64,000 bases of DNA from Alphaproteobacteria bacterium. GTDB lineage: Bacteria > Pseudomonadota > Alphaproteobacteria > SHVV01. Positions 42,727 through 52,333 of this stretch are shown here, in pieces; the first letter of the stretch is position 1; each line of letters opens with the position of its first letter. The stretch spans positions 3,168,001 through 3,232,000 of the forward strand of contig OZ253470.1 of assembly GCA_965261735.1 (NCBI GenBank), given 5' to 3'. The notes beneath the pieces were generated by a model. It was given only the letters and a program-made list of their open reading frames with translations. It made no database searches and was not told the origin of the DNA. Made by a program: the position numbers and the translations under genes.

Positions 42727-45354
42727 TTGGGAACTGTCGGTTTCAAGACCCTGATCTACGTCCCGGCTCTTTGCCTCCTCTTTGTCGCGGCGGGTTGTGG
42801 TGGCGGAGGGGGTGGTTCTTCGTCAAGCCAGCCACAAGCGACGCCCCAGTCACCGTCGCAGCCACCAGCACCGCCTCCGCAGCAGCAGCCACCGCCGCCG
42901 CCACCAGCACCGCCTCCGGAGCCGCCACCGCCGCCGCCACCAGCACCGCCTCCGCCGCAGCCACCACCAGCACCGCCTCCGCCTCCGCCACCACCAGCAC
43001 CGCCTCCGCCGCCGCCGCCACCAGCACCGCCTCCGCCGCCGCCGCCGCCGCCACCAGCACCGCTGCCAAACTGCATTCAAACCGTCGATTTCGGTTGCAT
43101 TTCGCCGCAGGAGTACCGGGACAAGCGCGACACGATCGAGCAGGATCACGTCGGCCAGGAGGACTTCAAGAACCAGTGGGGATTGACGGCGATCCGGGCG
43201 GACCGGGCCTATGCGCAACTCGAGCTGGAGCACGGTGCCGGCACGGGGCCCGGCAGCGGCCAGACCGTCGGTCTGATCGACACCGGAATCGACACCGGGC
43301 ACGATGTCTTCGCCGGCAAGACCGTGAGCGAGCACTTCTTTTCCGGCGCAACCGACGAGACCGGCGATCGGAATTCCCACGGCACGGCGGTCGCGAGTGT
43401 CATTGTTGGGCGGCCATCTGACGCATTCACCGCCTCGGTGACGGCGGGGCGCGGCGTCGCCCGGGGCGCCGATGTCGCGATGTTCGCCATCCGGGCCGGT
43501 TCAAGCAGCGGCGACTATGTTCCCATATCGCTTGCCGGTCTCAACGGCGGAGACAATCAATGGGCGTCCCGGCTGAATCATGTGATCAACTGGTCGAGCG
43601 GCGGCCGATCAATCGACTTCGTGAACATGAGCGTGGGCTACAATGGGATTATCGATCAATACAGTGCACAGGATTTGCGAGACAATTTCGGCGATACGAT
43701 TGCCGCACTCGCGCAGATGGGCGCGAGCGAAAAGACGGTCTTCGTCTGGGCCGCGGGCAACGCCCACGGAGATCCCTGCGACCCGGCCGACTTTCCGACC
43801 AACCCCGATATCTGCGTGGAAGTAAGCGGGAACAGGCAAGTCGACGCCAGGTCGGCCGATATCCTGGCGGGCTTGCCGGCACGCATCTCCGAGCTGCGCG
43901 GGCATTCGATCGCCGTCGTGGCCGTGGCCCCGGACAGTGACGACGACGGCGATTACGAGATCGCTTCCTTCTCCAACCGCTGCGGGATCGCCGCCGACTG
44001 GTGCCTTGCGGCTCCCGGCGTGCGGGTCCGGGCAGCGTATTTCGGGCCCGACCCCAACGACAGCAGCCCCGGCGCGCGGGGCGCCTACAACGCCAATGGA
44101 ACATCGTTCGCCGCACCCATGGTGACTGGCGGGCTCGTCGTGATGAAGCACTACTTCCGCGACCAGCTTTCCAACACGGCGCTGGTGGCGCGGCTGCTGG
44201 CGACGGCCAACAAACAAGGCATCTATGCCGACCGCGCGATCCTCGGCCAGGGCCTGATGGACCTGGGCGCCGCGACGACGCCGGTCGGCGTCACCAGCGT
44301 CGCGCTCGGCGATCGGGTAGACGGCCGCCCCGGCGACAATCTGGCCGGCACCCGCTTCGCACTCGGCGACCCGCTCGGCGACGGGCTGACGCAATCGCTC
44401 GCCGGGCTGGAGATTGTCGCCTTCGACTCCATGGGTGCGCCTTTCTGGTTCCATCTTGACGATTTCGCCGGCGCCGCGCCCGGCCCCCCGGCAGCCGCGC
44501 GGCTGCGCGCGAGGCTGCGGTCCCTCATGGCGCCGCTGCGGGCGTTCGGGGAGCCCGGCGTCCTGCAGCCCGGCTTCACTTCGCTTACGGCCAATAATCC
44601 GGCCGCCGGCCAGGCCTTGCTGAGCCTGGGAGTTTTCGAAGCGCCGTCGCTTGGCACCGACGGAGGCCATCTCTCGCTCGCCGGACAGGCCCTGGTTCTG
44701 GGCACGGGGGACCGGGACGGTTTGAGCATTGCCGCATTCTCCACCGAAGGGATAGGCGGGCGGGCGCCGGCAACGGGCGCCGCTTTGTCGTGGCGGCCAT
44801 CTAAGGCACCTGTCACTCTGCGGAGCGGCATGGTCGCCGAGCGCGAGACCATGCTCGGCAGCACCGCCGCCGGCGCCTTTGGCCGGATCTCGGCGAATTC
44901 CGCCTTCGCGGGCATTGAGGGCCACGCGCGGATCGGATCGTGGCGGCTCGGCGCCGGCGCCGAACTCGGCACAGTTAGATCGGCGGTGCGAGGCGGGATC
45001 CTCGCCGGAGTCTCTCCCCTGACCACCAGCGCATTCACCCTCCGAGCGGAGAAGAAGTCGGCGGACGAGGACAGTCTGCTGTTCTCTATCTCGCAGTCGC
45101 TCCGCGTGGAAGCCGGGCGCGCCAGGCTGTCGGTTCCGGTCGGGCGCACAAAGGACGGGCAGGTATTGCGCAGCTCCGTCAGCGCCGACCTGGAGCCCAC
45201 GGGCCGGCAGATCGACCTCACTGCGCAGTGGCGCCGGTCTCTGGGGGACGGAAGCGAGCTGCGTCTGGGCGGCGCCTGGACATCGCAACCCGGCCACGAC
45301 GCCTCCGCCGACCCCGGTTTCAGCCTCCTCGCCGGCTGGCGCCATAGCTTTTGA
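42727..45354 (+). CDS. lipidated S8 (subtilisin) serine protease, autotransporter-like
   Basis: Lipobox VAAGC followed by G6/S4; Pro-rich linker; triad motifs IDTG, HGTAVAS, GTSFAAP; beta-rich C-terminus ending WRHSF; TTG start after GGAGG. Confidence 0.88.
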   Translation: MGTVGFKTLIYVPALCLLFVAAGCGGGGGGSSSSQPQATPQSPSQPPAPPPQQQPPPPPPAPPPEPPPPPPPAPPPPQPPPAPPPPPPPPAPPPPPPPPAPPPPPPPPPPAPLPNCIQTVDFGCISPQEYRDKRDTIEQDHVGQEDFKNQWGLTAIRADRAYAQLELEHGAGTGPGSGQTVGLIDTGIDTGHDVFAGKTVSEHFFSGATDETGDRNSHGTAVASVIVGRPSDAFTASVTAGRGVARGADVAMFAIRAGSSSGDYVPISLAGLNGGDNQWASRLNHVINWSSGGRSIDFVNMSVGYNGIIDQYSAQDLRDNFGDTIAALAQMGASEKTVFVWAAGNAHGDPCDPADFPTNPDICVEVSGNRQVDARSADILAGLPARISELRGHSIAVVAVAPDSDDDGDYEIASFSNRCGIAADWCLAAPGVRVRAAYFGPDPNDSSPGARGAYNANGTSFAAPMVTGGLVVMKHYFRDQLSNTALVARLLATANKQGIYADRAILGQGLMDLGAATTPVGVTSVALGDRVDGRPGDNLAGTRFALGDPLGDGLTQSLAGLEIVAFDSMGAPFWFHLDDFAGAAPGPPAAARLRARLRSLMAPLRAFGEPGVLQPGFTSLTANNPAAGQALLSLGVFEAPSLGTDGGHLSLAGQALVLGTGDRDGLSIAAFSTEGIGGRAPATGAALSWRPSKAPVTLRSGMVAERETMLGSTAAGAFGRISANSAFAGIEGHARIGSWRLGAGAELGTVRSAVRGGILAGVSPLTTSAFTLRAEKKSADEDSLLFSISQSLRVEAGRARLSVPVGRTKDGQVLRSSVSADLEPTGRQIDLTAQWRRSLGDGSELRLGGAWTSQPGHDASADPGFSLLAGWRHSF
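42862..43068 (+). repeat. proline-coding tandem repeat of variable unit length
   Basis: Recurrent CCACCAGCACCGCCTCCG core separated by (CCG)n, encoding PPAPPP... Confidence 0.9.
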
Positions 45355-45421
45355 GACAGGACGGTTGCGTCCGGCCTCGACCGCCCCGACCGGGCATCGC
45401 GGCAGCGTCGGGACGGGGCGC

Positions 45422-45700
45422 GCCAACCTTTCGATCGCGACCGACGAAAGTTATCTCGATAAAAACTCGGGCGACAAGGTGGACCGCACCGAGTGGCACC
45501 GCATCGTCACCTTCCAGGGCGGCCTGGTGGAGATGATGGAGAAGCACGCGAAGAAGGGCCGCCTGGTCTACGTCTCGGGCAAGCTGCAGACCCGCAAGTG
45601 GCGCAAGGACGGCGAGGACAGCGACCGGTTCTCGACCGAGATCCTGCTGGTCCCCGGCGGCAGGGTGCAATTTCTCGATAAGCCGAACAGCAACGGCGCG
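45422..45700 (+). pseudogene. ssb: single-stranded DNA-binding protein fragment, both ends lost
   Basis: ANLSIATDES...RTEWHRIVTF...KKGRLVYVSGKLQTRKW...STEI. Confidence 0.85.
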
Positions 45701-45863
45701 TCGGCCTGGACATGCGCTGTGGTCTGGTTGCCAACGACGTCGACGTCGCCGTCCAAGTGTTGCCGGTTTGTCGGTTCTCGACCAGCCGACCGGTAGAGAA
45801 GCGCCACCTCCCTGCTTCGCTTGCGTTGCCAGGAAACCGACACGGATATTGGATCACGACATT

Positions 45864-45901
45864 ATGTCGCCGCATGCCCATAATGTCGCCGCACGCCCAT
45901 A
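45864..45901 (+). repeat. 19-bp tandem direct repeat, two copies
   Basis: ATGTCGCCGCATGCCCATA / ATGTCGCCGCACGCCCATA. Confidence 0.8.
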
Positions 45902-46283
45902 ACCTGTTGACATCCTTTTTGAAGTTGGCGCTTGCATTCGCTGGGAGGCCTGTGTTTGAGTGTGGCCCACCTGAGCCTTCGGGAACAGGGATATAAGAGG
46001 AATGAGAAATTCGTCGGGCTGGGAGCGCCAAGCTTGGTAGCTCCGCGTCTGGGTCCGAAGCTGGATCACAGTGGGACCACTCGGAAGGATCACTCAGAAT
46101 CCGAGTTTGCTTTATCGGTGAAGTGGCCCACGCGGCAACATCATTTTCCTGTATCGACACAGTGGAGATCGTTCGATAAGCTAGTGGACGTACGGTTGAC
46201 GCTGTACTAAGTTTGACATCATATTGAAGTGTAATGAGGGCCTCGTCTCGGGGCCACTTCTGCGCAAAAGGAGAGCCTCGAAG

Positions 46284-48143
46284 ATGGTTACACAGAAAAA
46301 CTTGATCACGCTGTGCTTCGCGACCGTGTTCGCGCTCGGACTCGCGGCGTGCAGCAGCAGCGACGACGGCAGCACGGCCGACGCGCCGACAGGGACCACC
46401 CCGACAGGGACCACCCCGACCACCCCGCCCGCGGCCTCGCCCGTGGAAGTCATGATGGCCCTGACATTGGGGGCGGCGGAGCAAATGGCGCTCCGGGCGG
46501 TGCTGGGAAAGACCGGCGATTCGGACATGTTGCAGATCGCGGCGGGCGAGTCCGAGACCCGGGCGGGTGTGCCGTTCTCCTGCGAGAGCGCCTATCCCTG
46601 CACGGTCACCCTCACCAACAATCTCGGCGTGATCCTGGCCTCGGTGATGACCTACAAGCTGCCGGACGCCGACGACCCGATGGTCACGGCGATGATCCCC
46701 CTGCCGATGGACCCGCTCCACCCGCGCTATACGCTGAATGCGTCGAATGCGGCGAGTGTCCAAGCCATCATCGACGTGGCGTTTGAGGCAGAGGTCACTT
46801 CCGGCACGCCGCCCACACCCGAAGGTGCCCGCGACAATGCGAGCACCACGATAGGCGGTCTGGATATTGCCGGCTTCGGCGTCCACGACATGAGCAAGAC
46901 GACGCTGACCAGCTCTTTTGACCCGAATGTGGCGGACCATATGCCTGTGGACGGCGAAACTGCGGCAATGGGCGGCTCCACGCTGGCGGTTTCGGACAAC
47001 CCGAAAACCGAAACAATCGACGAAAGCACCGTTGTCACGCTGCACGCGGACAAGACCGCCCTGCCGGGTTGGGCTCACAGCAAGGTGCTCTTCGCCGACT
47101 GGGGTGACAGCCAGACGCCGGACAGAGACGGCGGCTACGAGACGGCAGCGCTGCTCTACTCGAGCCATGAAGGGCCTACGCCCCAACCGCTCGACGACAA
47201 GCTGGCGGCCAAGCTCGCCAACCGCGGGGCGTGGTTCATGTTCACCGCCATGCAAGACTTCGATATGGACGGTACTGCGAACCAGAACGTGATCGCGGTG
47301 GCGGCGTCGGGCGACACTGTTGCTGATCAACGGAAGGGCATGATGGTGACTGTCGAGGCACCGCAGCTCTCGACGCTGGCTACCACGCTACAGGGTATGA
47401 GTCGGCACAAAGGGACCTATTTCGGCGCGCCGGTTACCCTCAAGTGCGGCGGCATGGATTGCACCGTAGCCAGGGCAGAAACCCAGGACACGGCGTTCAC
47501 GGTCACCGGTGGCGCATGGCAGATCCTGCCCGACGCCGGAGCGATGATCATGGTTCCCGATCAGGACTACATGGTCTTCGGCGCATGGCTGACCGTGCCG
47601 GATGACATGTCTGGCGAGCACCGGATCGGCGTGTTCCATGACGGCATGCAGAACTACGGGGACGTCGACGAGGCGCTGACGGGCAAGGCCAAGTACGAGG
47701 GCGGCGCGGCTGGCGTCTATCGTGACCGGACTGCCTCCGGGATGTTCACGGCCCGCGCCGTGCTGGAAGCCAATTTTGGCACCGACATGCTGTCGGGCCG
47801 GATCGACAACTTCGCGAACAGCGCCGGCGTCTACTTGGGTACAGACACAGCCCGCTCCCCCAACGATCCGGCAACGGGCGGGGAGAACGATTGGGTCGTG
47901 ACCCTGATGAGCAGCGCAATCGGCACCGGCGGAGTAGTTGCCGATAACACCATGGTCTCCGGCTCTGCCGATGGCGTGGAATGGGCCAGCGGCCAGTGGG
48001 AGGCCACGTTCTACGGGCCGCCCCTCGACGCGGGAGCCCCGACGGAGCCCAGCGGCGTGGCCGGACAGTTCCGGGCGACGTCCGCAATGCGCGGCGTCGT
48101 AGGTGCGTTCGGCGCGCAATATCAGGCGCCCGCGGCCAACTGA
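46284..48143 (+). CDS. surface lipoprotein 1 with C-terminal TbpB-like beta-barrel (putative Slam cargo)
   Basis: Lipobox LAAC; barrel motifs AKYEGGAAG, FTARAVLEANFG, WEATFYG, GVAGQF, VGAFGA. Confidence 0.8.
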   Translation: MVTQKNLITLCFATVFALGLAACSSSDDGSTADAPTGTTPTGTTPTTPPAASPVEVMMALTLGAAEQMALRAVLGKTGDSDMLQIAAGESETRAGVPFSCESAYPCTVTLTNNLGVILASVMTYKLPDADDPMVTAMIPLPMDPLHPRYTLNASNAASVQAIIDVAFEAEVTSGTPPTPEGARDNASTTIGGLDIAGFGVHDMSKTTLTSSFDPNVADHMPVDGETAAMGGSTLAVSDNPKTETIDESTVVTLHADKTALPGWAHSKVLFADWGDSQTPDRDGGYETAALLYSSHEGPTPQPLDDKLAAKLANRGAWFMFTAMQDFDMDGTANQNVIAVAASGDTVADQRKGMMVTVEAPQLSTLATTLQGMSRHKGTYFGAPVTLKCGGMDCTVARAETQDTAFTVTGGAWQILPDAGAMIMVPDQDYMVFGAWLTVPDDMSGEHRIGVFHDGMQNYGDVDEALTGKAKYEGGAAGVYRDRTASGMFTARAVLEANFGTDMLSGRIDNFANSAGVYLGTDTARSPNDPATGGENDWVVTLMSSAIGTGGVVADNTMVSGSADGVEWASGQWEATFYGPPLDAGAPTEPSGVAGQFRATSAMRGVVGAFGAQYQAPAAN

Positions 48144-48168
48144 CCCGGTAACGTGGGTCCAACGATCT

Positions 48169-48197
48169 GGGGCGGCCCTCGGGCCGCCCCTATTTTT
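48169..48197 (+). terminator. intrinsic terminator
   Basis: GGGGCGGCCC-TC-GGGCCGCCCC-TATTTTT. Confidence 0.8.
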
Positions 48198-48221
48198 CCC
48201 GACCCGGTTCCAGGCCGTCCA

Positions 48222-48370
48222 ATGAAGTCCTTTCCGCATCGGCGCCTGTTTCGCAAGGGCACGATGGCGGTCGACTCCGCAATGCGGACTCCCGACGAGG
48301 ACGAGCGCGAGGCGAAGCTCGACGAAGCCATAGCCGCCTTCCACGCCATCCTGATCCAGCGCCCCGAGCC
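48222..48370 (+). pseudogene. Slam N-terminal remnant
   Basis: LFRKGTMAVDSAMRTPDEDEREAKLDEAIAAFHAILIQRP aligns with LFKDGMVAVEQATRQSDEARRDALLDKAIAVFHKMLVAQP of the 50126 Slam. Confidence 0.75.
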
Positions 48371-48430
48371 ACGCGCCGGCGCACCCGGCGCGAAGATCGA
48401 ATACGCATCTGGCGAGAATGGAGGAATACG

Positions 48431-50041
48431 ATGAAGAGCAAACTGATAATGGCGGCGGTGATCGTCGGATCGTTCGCGCTCGCCGGCTGCAGCGGCGGCG
48501 GCGGCAACGACACGGCGGAGATGATGTCGACCGATCCGGCGCCGCCGACCGAAGAAGAGGAGCGGATCGCCGAGCTCGAAGAGGACCTCGAAGACGCCCA
48601 GGAAGAGGCCGACGAAGCAAACCGGCTGCGCCAGGCGGCCGAGGCGGATGCCCGGCAAGCGGAGGCGGATCGCCAGCGGCTCGAGGGCGAGGCCGAGGCG
48701 CGCCGGAGGGCGGATGCCGCGGCCGACACCCGGAGGGTGATCGTGGGGCTGAACGCCGGCAACGATGGCGAACTTACCCTGGTCGTCGATCTCCCTAACC
48801 TCAAACATGGCGCGCCGGCGCCCGTAACCGCGCCGACCGGGCCATTCACGACGACGACGAGCAGATCGGGACAATGGTCGAAGACGGCGCACACCGCCAG
48901 CACCGGTGATATGCGTGACATGGTGGAAGTCTACTCCGATGTGGAAGCGCCGACGTCCGTTCCGTTCAAGGACAGTATCTACAATGACGACAATGCCGTT
49001 GTGAATGCGGAGGGCATGGTGCTTCCAGGCGGATTCGAATTGGAAACCGCAAACCGAGATGACGTTGCGTCGGGCTCGTTTGATCGCACGAGCGCGCTAG
49101 CCAAGTCTTTCGATATGATGGATCGTGGGGAACACACGACTGCGCAGCAAAGGACCGAAGCGATCAATTTAGCGCAGACCGCTTTGGATAACGATCCAAC
49201 TAACGCTGACAGAAGAGAAGAGCTTGAGACTGCCAGGGCATCGAGGGTCCGCGACACGGATCGCCATCCTTACCGCTGGACCGCCGAAGCGGGGGGCCGC
49301 CTGGGCGGTGCGTCAGGCACATTCCGGTGCGGCACTATGAATTCTGTGGCGGACACCTCGTGCACCGTACAGAACACCGGCGGCGGCTTTCTCTTTGTCG
49401 GGCCGTGGCGTTTCGTTCCGTCAAGCGGCACAGTTGGCGTCAGGGTTGAAGATTCCGAGCACATGTGGTTCGGGTGGTGGGCTCGGCAGACTGTGGAGCA
49501 TGAAGATCCGGCCCATCCAACCGACGACTGGGCGTTCGAGATGGGCCATGGCGGGAATGCTGCGACGACCTTTATCGGGGCCACCGGCACGGCGACCTAT
49601 CAAGGCCAGGCTGCCGGGCGGTACGCGGTCTTCGAGCCAGCCACGGGAGAGTCCAGCCATGGCAGCTTCACCGCCTCCGCGCGCCTGGAGGCCAACTTCG
49701 GCACCGCCACGGATTGGGGTACTGTCTCCGGGACGATCACGGGGTTCAGCAACGATCCGGACTGGTCACTGGCCCTGAAGCAGGCGGACATCGACCCCTC
49801 TGGCGGGACCGTCGGGCTGGGTTCCACAGCTGACGCGGATGGCGTCACCTGGTCGATCGACGGCGTTCCCGACGATAGCGGACAGTGGGAGGCGGGCTTC
49901 TACTCGAATCTGCCAACAGGTACGACCGGGCTCGCACAGGTTCAGCCGCACGGGATCGCCGGCACGTTCGAGGCCCAGTATGACGGTTCCGGGGTAGGCC
50001 CGACGGCCGCGATGATCGGAGCCTTCGGGGCGCACAGGTAG
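48431..50041 (+). CDS. surface lipoprotein 2 with coiled-coil stalk and TbpB-like barrel (putative Slam cargo)
   Basis: Lipobox LAGC then SGGGG; charged coiled coil; ATYQGQAAG, FTASARLEANFG, WEAGFY, GIAGTF, IGAFGA. Confidence 0.8.
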   Translation: MKSKLIMAAVIVGSFALAGCSGGGGNDTAEMMSTDPAPPTEEEERIAELEEDLEDAQEEADEANRLRQAAEADARQAEADRQRLEGEAEARRRADAAADTRRVIVGLNAGNDGELTLVVDLPNLKHGAPAPVTAPTGPFTTTTSRSGQWSKTAHTASTGDMRDMVEVYSDVEAPTSVPFKDSIYNDDNAVVNAEGMVLPGGFELETANRDDVASGSFDRTSALAKSFDMMDRGEHTTAQQRTEAINLAQTALDNDPTNADRREELETARASRVRDTDRHPYRWTAEAGGRLGGASGTFRCGTMNSVADTSCTVQNTGGGFLFVGPWRFVPSSGTVGVRVEDSEHMWFGWWARQTVEHEDPAHPTDDWAFEMGHGGNAATTFIGATGTATYQGQAAGRYAVFEPATGESSHGSFTASARLEANFGTATDWGTVSGTITGFSNDPDWSLALKQADIDPSGGTVGLGSTADADGVTWSIDGVPDDSGQWEAGFYSNLPTGTTGLAQVQPHGIAGTFEAQYDGSGVGPTAAMIGAFGAHR

Positions 50042-50070
50042 TAGCTCATAGCAGCGAGCCGAGTATCACC

Positions 50071-50107
50071 GGGGCGGCGGCGAGAGCCGCTGCCCCTTCT
50101 CTTTCTT
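50071..50107 (+). terminator. terminator-like hairpin between cargo and Slam
   Basis: GGGGCGGCGGC-GAGA-GCCGCTGCCCC-TTCTCTTTCTT. Confidence 0.7.
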
Positions 50108-50125
50108 CGCCGAAACGCATTCCGC

Positions 50126-51442
50126 ATGAACAAAATCCACGCTGCACCGGTCGTGGGCAAAATTCGTCCACTTGCCCCGGGACTGTTCCTTGCCCTGATC
50201 CTTCTGTTCGCCCCTCCGGCCGCCGCACAGGACATGCGCGCGCTGTTCAAGGACGGCATGGTCGCCGTCGAGCAGGCGACCCGGCAGTCCGACGAAGCCC
50301 GCCGCGACGCGCTGCTCGACAAGGCGATCGCCGTCTTCCACAAGATGCTGGTGGCGCAACCCGGGCTGGTCCGCGTCCGCCTCGAGCTCGCCCGCGCGTT
50401 CTTCCTCAAGGGCGAGGACAAGCTGGCGACGCGGCATTTCGAGCAGGTGCTGGCCGGCAATCCGCCCGCCGGGGTGGCGCTCAACGTCAACCGGTTCCTC
50501 AACCTGATGCGCGCGCGCAAGCGCTGGAGCCTGAACCTCGGCATGGCGCTCGCCCCCGACACCAATATCGGCGCCGGCTCGGACGAACGGATCATCTATA
50601 TCGACGTCGGGGGCCAGCTATTGCCCTTCCGCCGCGACGCCGACGAGCTCACCACCTCCGGCATCGGCGTCTCCGCCTGGCTGGGCGGGGAGTACCAGTA
50701 CCCGCTGGGCGAACTCGGAGCGGGGTCCGGGGCAAGCCCCTGGCGGTTGCGCGCCGGCGGCAATCTGTCGCGCAGGGAATACCGGGAGAGCCAGTTCGAC
50801 CAGATGACGCTGACCGGCCATGTCGGGCCGCGCTGGCTGATCGGCCGGACCAGCGAGGCGAGCCTGCTGCTGAGCGGGCTGCATCACTGGACCGGATCGG
50901 GGATCGAGCAGCCCTCGCATCACGATATCGGCTTCCGCGTCGAGGGACGCCACCGGATGGGCCCGCGGACGACGCTGAACGCGCGGCTGTCGTGGCACCG
51001 CCGGAAATACGTCGAGCAGGAGGGTCGCGACGGGCCGATCGCCGATATCTCGGTGGGCGCGGGCTGGCTGGCGTCGCAGACGCTGCGCATCGACGCGAGC
51101 CTCGGCTGGGGGCGCGAGCGGACCGAGACGGAGCGCTGGCGCAACTCACGCCGCTCGGTGCGGCTCGGCGCGACGGCGGTGCTGCCCTGGGGCTTCACCG
51201 TCGGCGGCTCGGGCGCGCTGCGCTGGACCGCGTATGAGGGCAACTGGGCCCCCTTCGTGCCGGACGGCGGGGAGCGCAGCGACCTGACCCGCACCATCCG
51301 CCTGTTCGCGCATAACCGGGCGCTGACCCTCGAAGGGTTCAGCCCGCAGATCTCGGTGACCCAGGAACAGCGCACCACCAACGCCCAGCTCCACGACTAC
51401 GAGCGCATCTCCGGCGAGCTCCGCTTCGTCCGCCTGTTCTGA
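50126..51442 (+). CDS. Slam / DUF560 surface lipoprotein assembly modifier (type XI secretion)
   Basis: Signal peptide; TPR RVRLELARAFF; barrel beginning W.....LAPDTNI; C-terminal SN-type motif TNAQLHDY.R and terminal F. Confidence 0.85.
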   Translation: MNKIHAAPVVGKIRPLAPGLFLALILLFAPPAAAQDMRALFKDGMVAVEQATRQSDEARRDALLDKAIAVFHKMLVAQPGLVRVRLELARAFFLKGEDKLATRHFEQVLAGNPPAGVALNVNRFLNLMRARKRWSLNLGMALAPDTNIGAGSDERIIYIDVGGQLLPFRRDADELTTSGIGVSAWLGGEYQYPLGELGAGSGASPWRLRAGGNLSRREYRESQFDQMTLTGHVGPRWLIGRTSEASLLLSGLHHWTGSGIEQPSHHDIGFRVEGRHRMGPRTTLNARLSWHRRKYVEQEGRDGPIADISVGAGWLASQTLRIDASLGWGRERTETERWRNSRRSVRLGATAVLPWGFTVGGSGALRWTAYEGNWAPFVPDGGERSDLTRTIRLFAHNRALTLEGFSPQISVTQEQRTTNAQLHDYERISGELRFVRLF

Positions 51443-51459
51443 GGGGGGGGTCCGACGAT

Positions 51460-51482
51460 GCGCCCCGGATCGAGTCCGGGGC
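51460..51482. repeat. REP-like palindrome
   Basis: GCCCCGGA-TCGAG-TCCGGGGC. Confidence 0.45.
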
Positions 51483-51569
51483 TACTCGGGATAAGGGGGG
51501 CGGGCGTTCCTCGGGGCAGGCTCCGCGGCGCATTGAAGGGCTTGCGGCGTGCCGGGTCCCCAACTCGAA

Positions 51570-52126
51570 GGCATACGCATTCTGGGCAAGGGCCGGCGCG
51601 ATCGCGAACTGCCGCTGTGGAAGGAAACGAAGGCTGTTCTCAATGAGTGGCTCGACGTCCGGCCGCCGGTCAACAACCGCTACCTCTTCCTCAACGCACG
51701 GGGACGGGTGATGAGCCCGGACGGCTTCGCGTACATCCTCAGCCAGCATGTCGCCAGGGCTATGCTGGCGGTTCCATCGCTCAAGACCAAGCGGGTAACC
51801 CCGCATGTAATCCGTCACTCGACCGCAATGACGATCCTGCATGCCACCGGGGACGTCCGGAAGGTCTCGATCTGGCTCGGCCACGCAGACCTCAAGACCA
51901 CCGAAGTGTACCTCCATGCCAGCCCGGCCGAGAAACTGGAAATCCTTGCGGTCAACGCGCCGCCATCGATCCGGCCCGGGGCCTTCCCTGGTGCAAAGGA
52001 CAGTCTGATGAGCATCCTCGGCGGCAAGTGACGACACAGGATTAATGCCGAGTGAATCTGTCGAAAATCCGCGTAGATCCGCAGATTCCTGGAGGTCACT
52101 CGGCATTAAACACTTCTCGGCATTAC
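51570..52126 (+). mobile_element. RIT-type element remnant 1: integrase C-terminus plus terminal repeats
   Basis: ILGKGRRDRELPLW...TPHVIRHS...WLGHADLKTTEVY; inverted repeat TTAATGCCGAGTGA 52042-52055 / 52096-52109; third copy CTCGGCATTA 52116-52125. Confidence 0.75.
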
Positions 52127-52276
52127 CGTAAAGGATGCCGGCCGACTTGGCCTTCGCGCATCTTGCGCGCTCTGCCTTGCGCCGCTTTTCGCCGCAGTGC
52201 CGGCACAAGGTGCGGTCGGGCGCGGGCCTCGCCTTCCCGCACCTCGGACAAAGCCCGCTGGTAATGCGGTCGGCGG
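52127..52276 (-). pseudogene. fragment of a CxxC zinc-ribbon protein
   Basis: GLCPRCGKARPAPDRTLCRHCGEKRR, cut by the IS3 on one side and the RIT end on the other. Confidence 0.5.
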
Positions 52277-52333
52277 TGTCCGTCGTCAAAACATTTGGGA
52301 CTGTTGAGTCTGTTTCATAAGGGAGGATCTGGC

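Noticed and set aside
51443-51450. Poly-G tract as a phase-variation switch for Slam
   Set aside because: It lies after the stop codon, not in the coding sequence or promoter.
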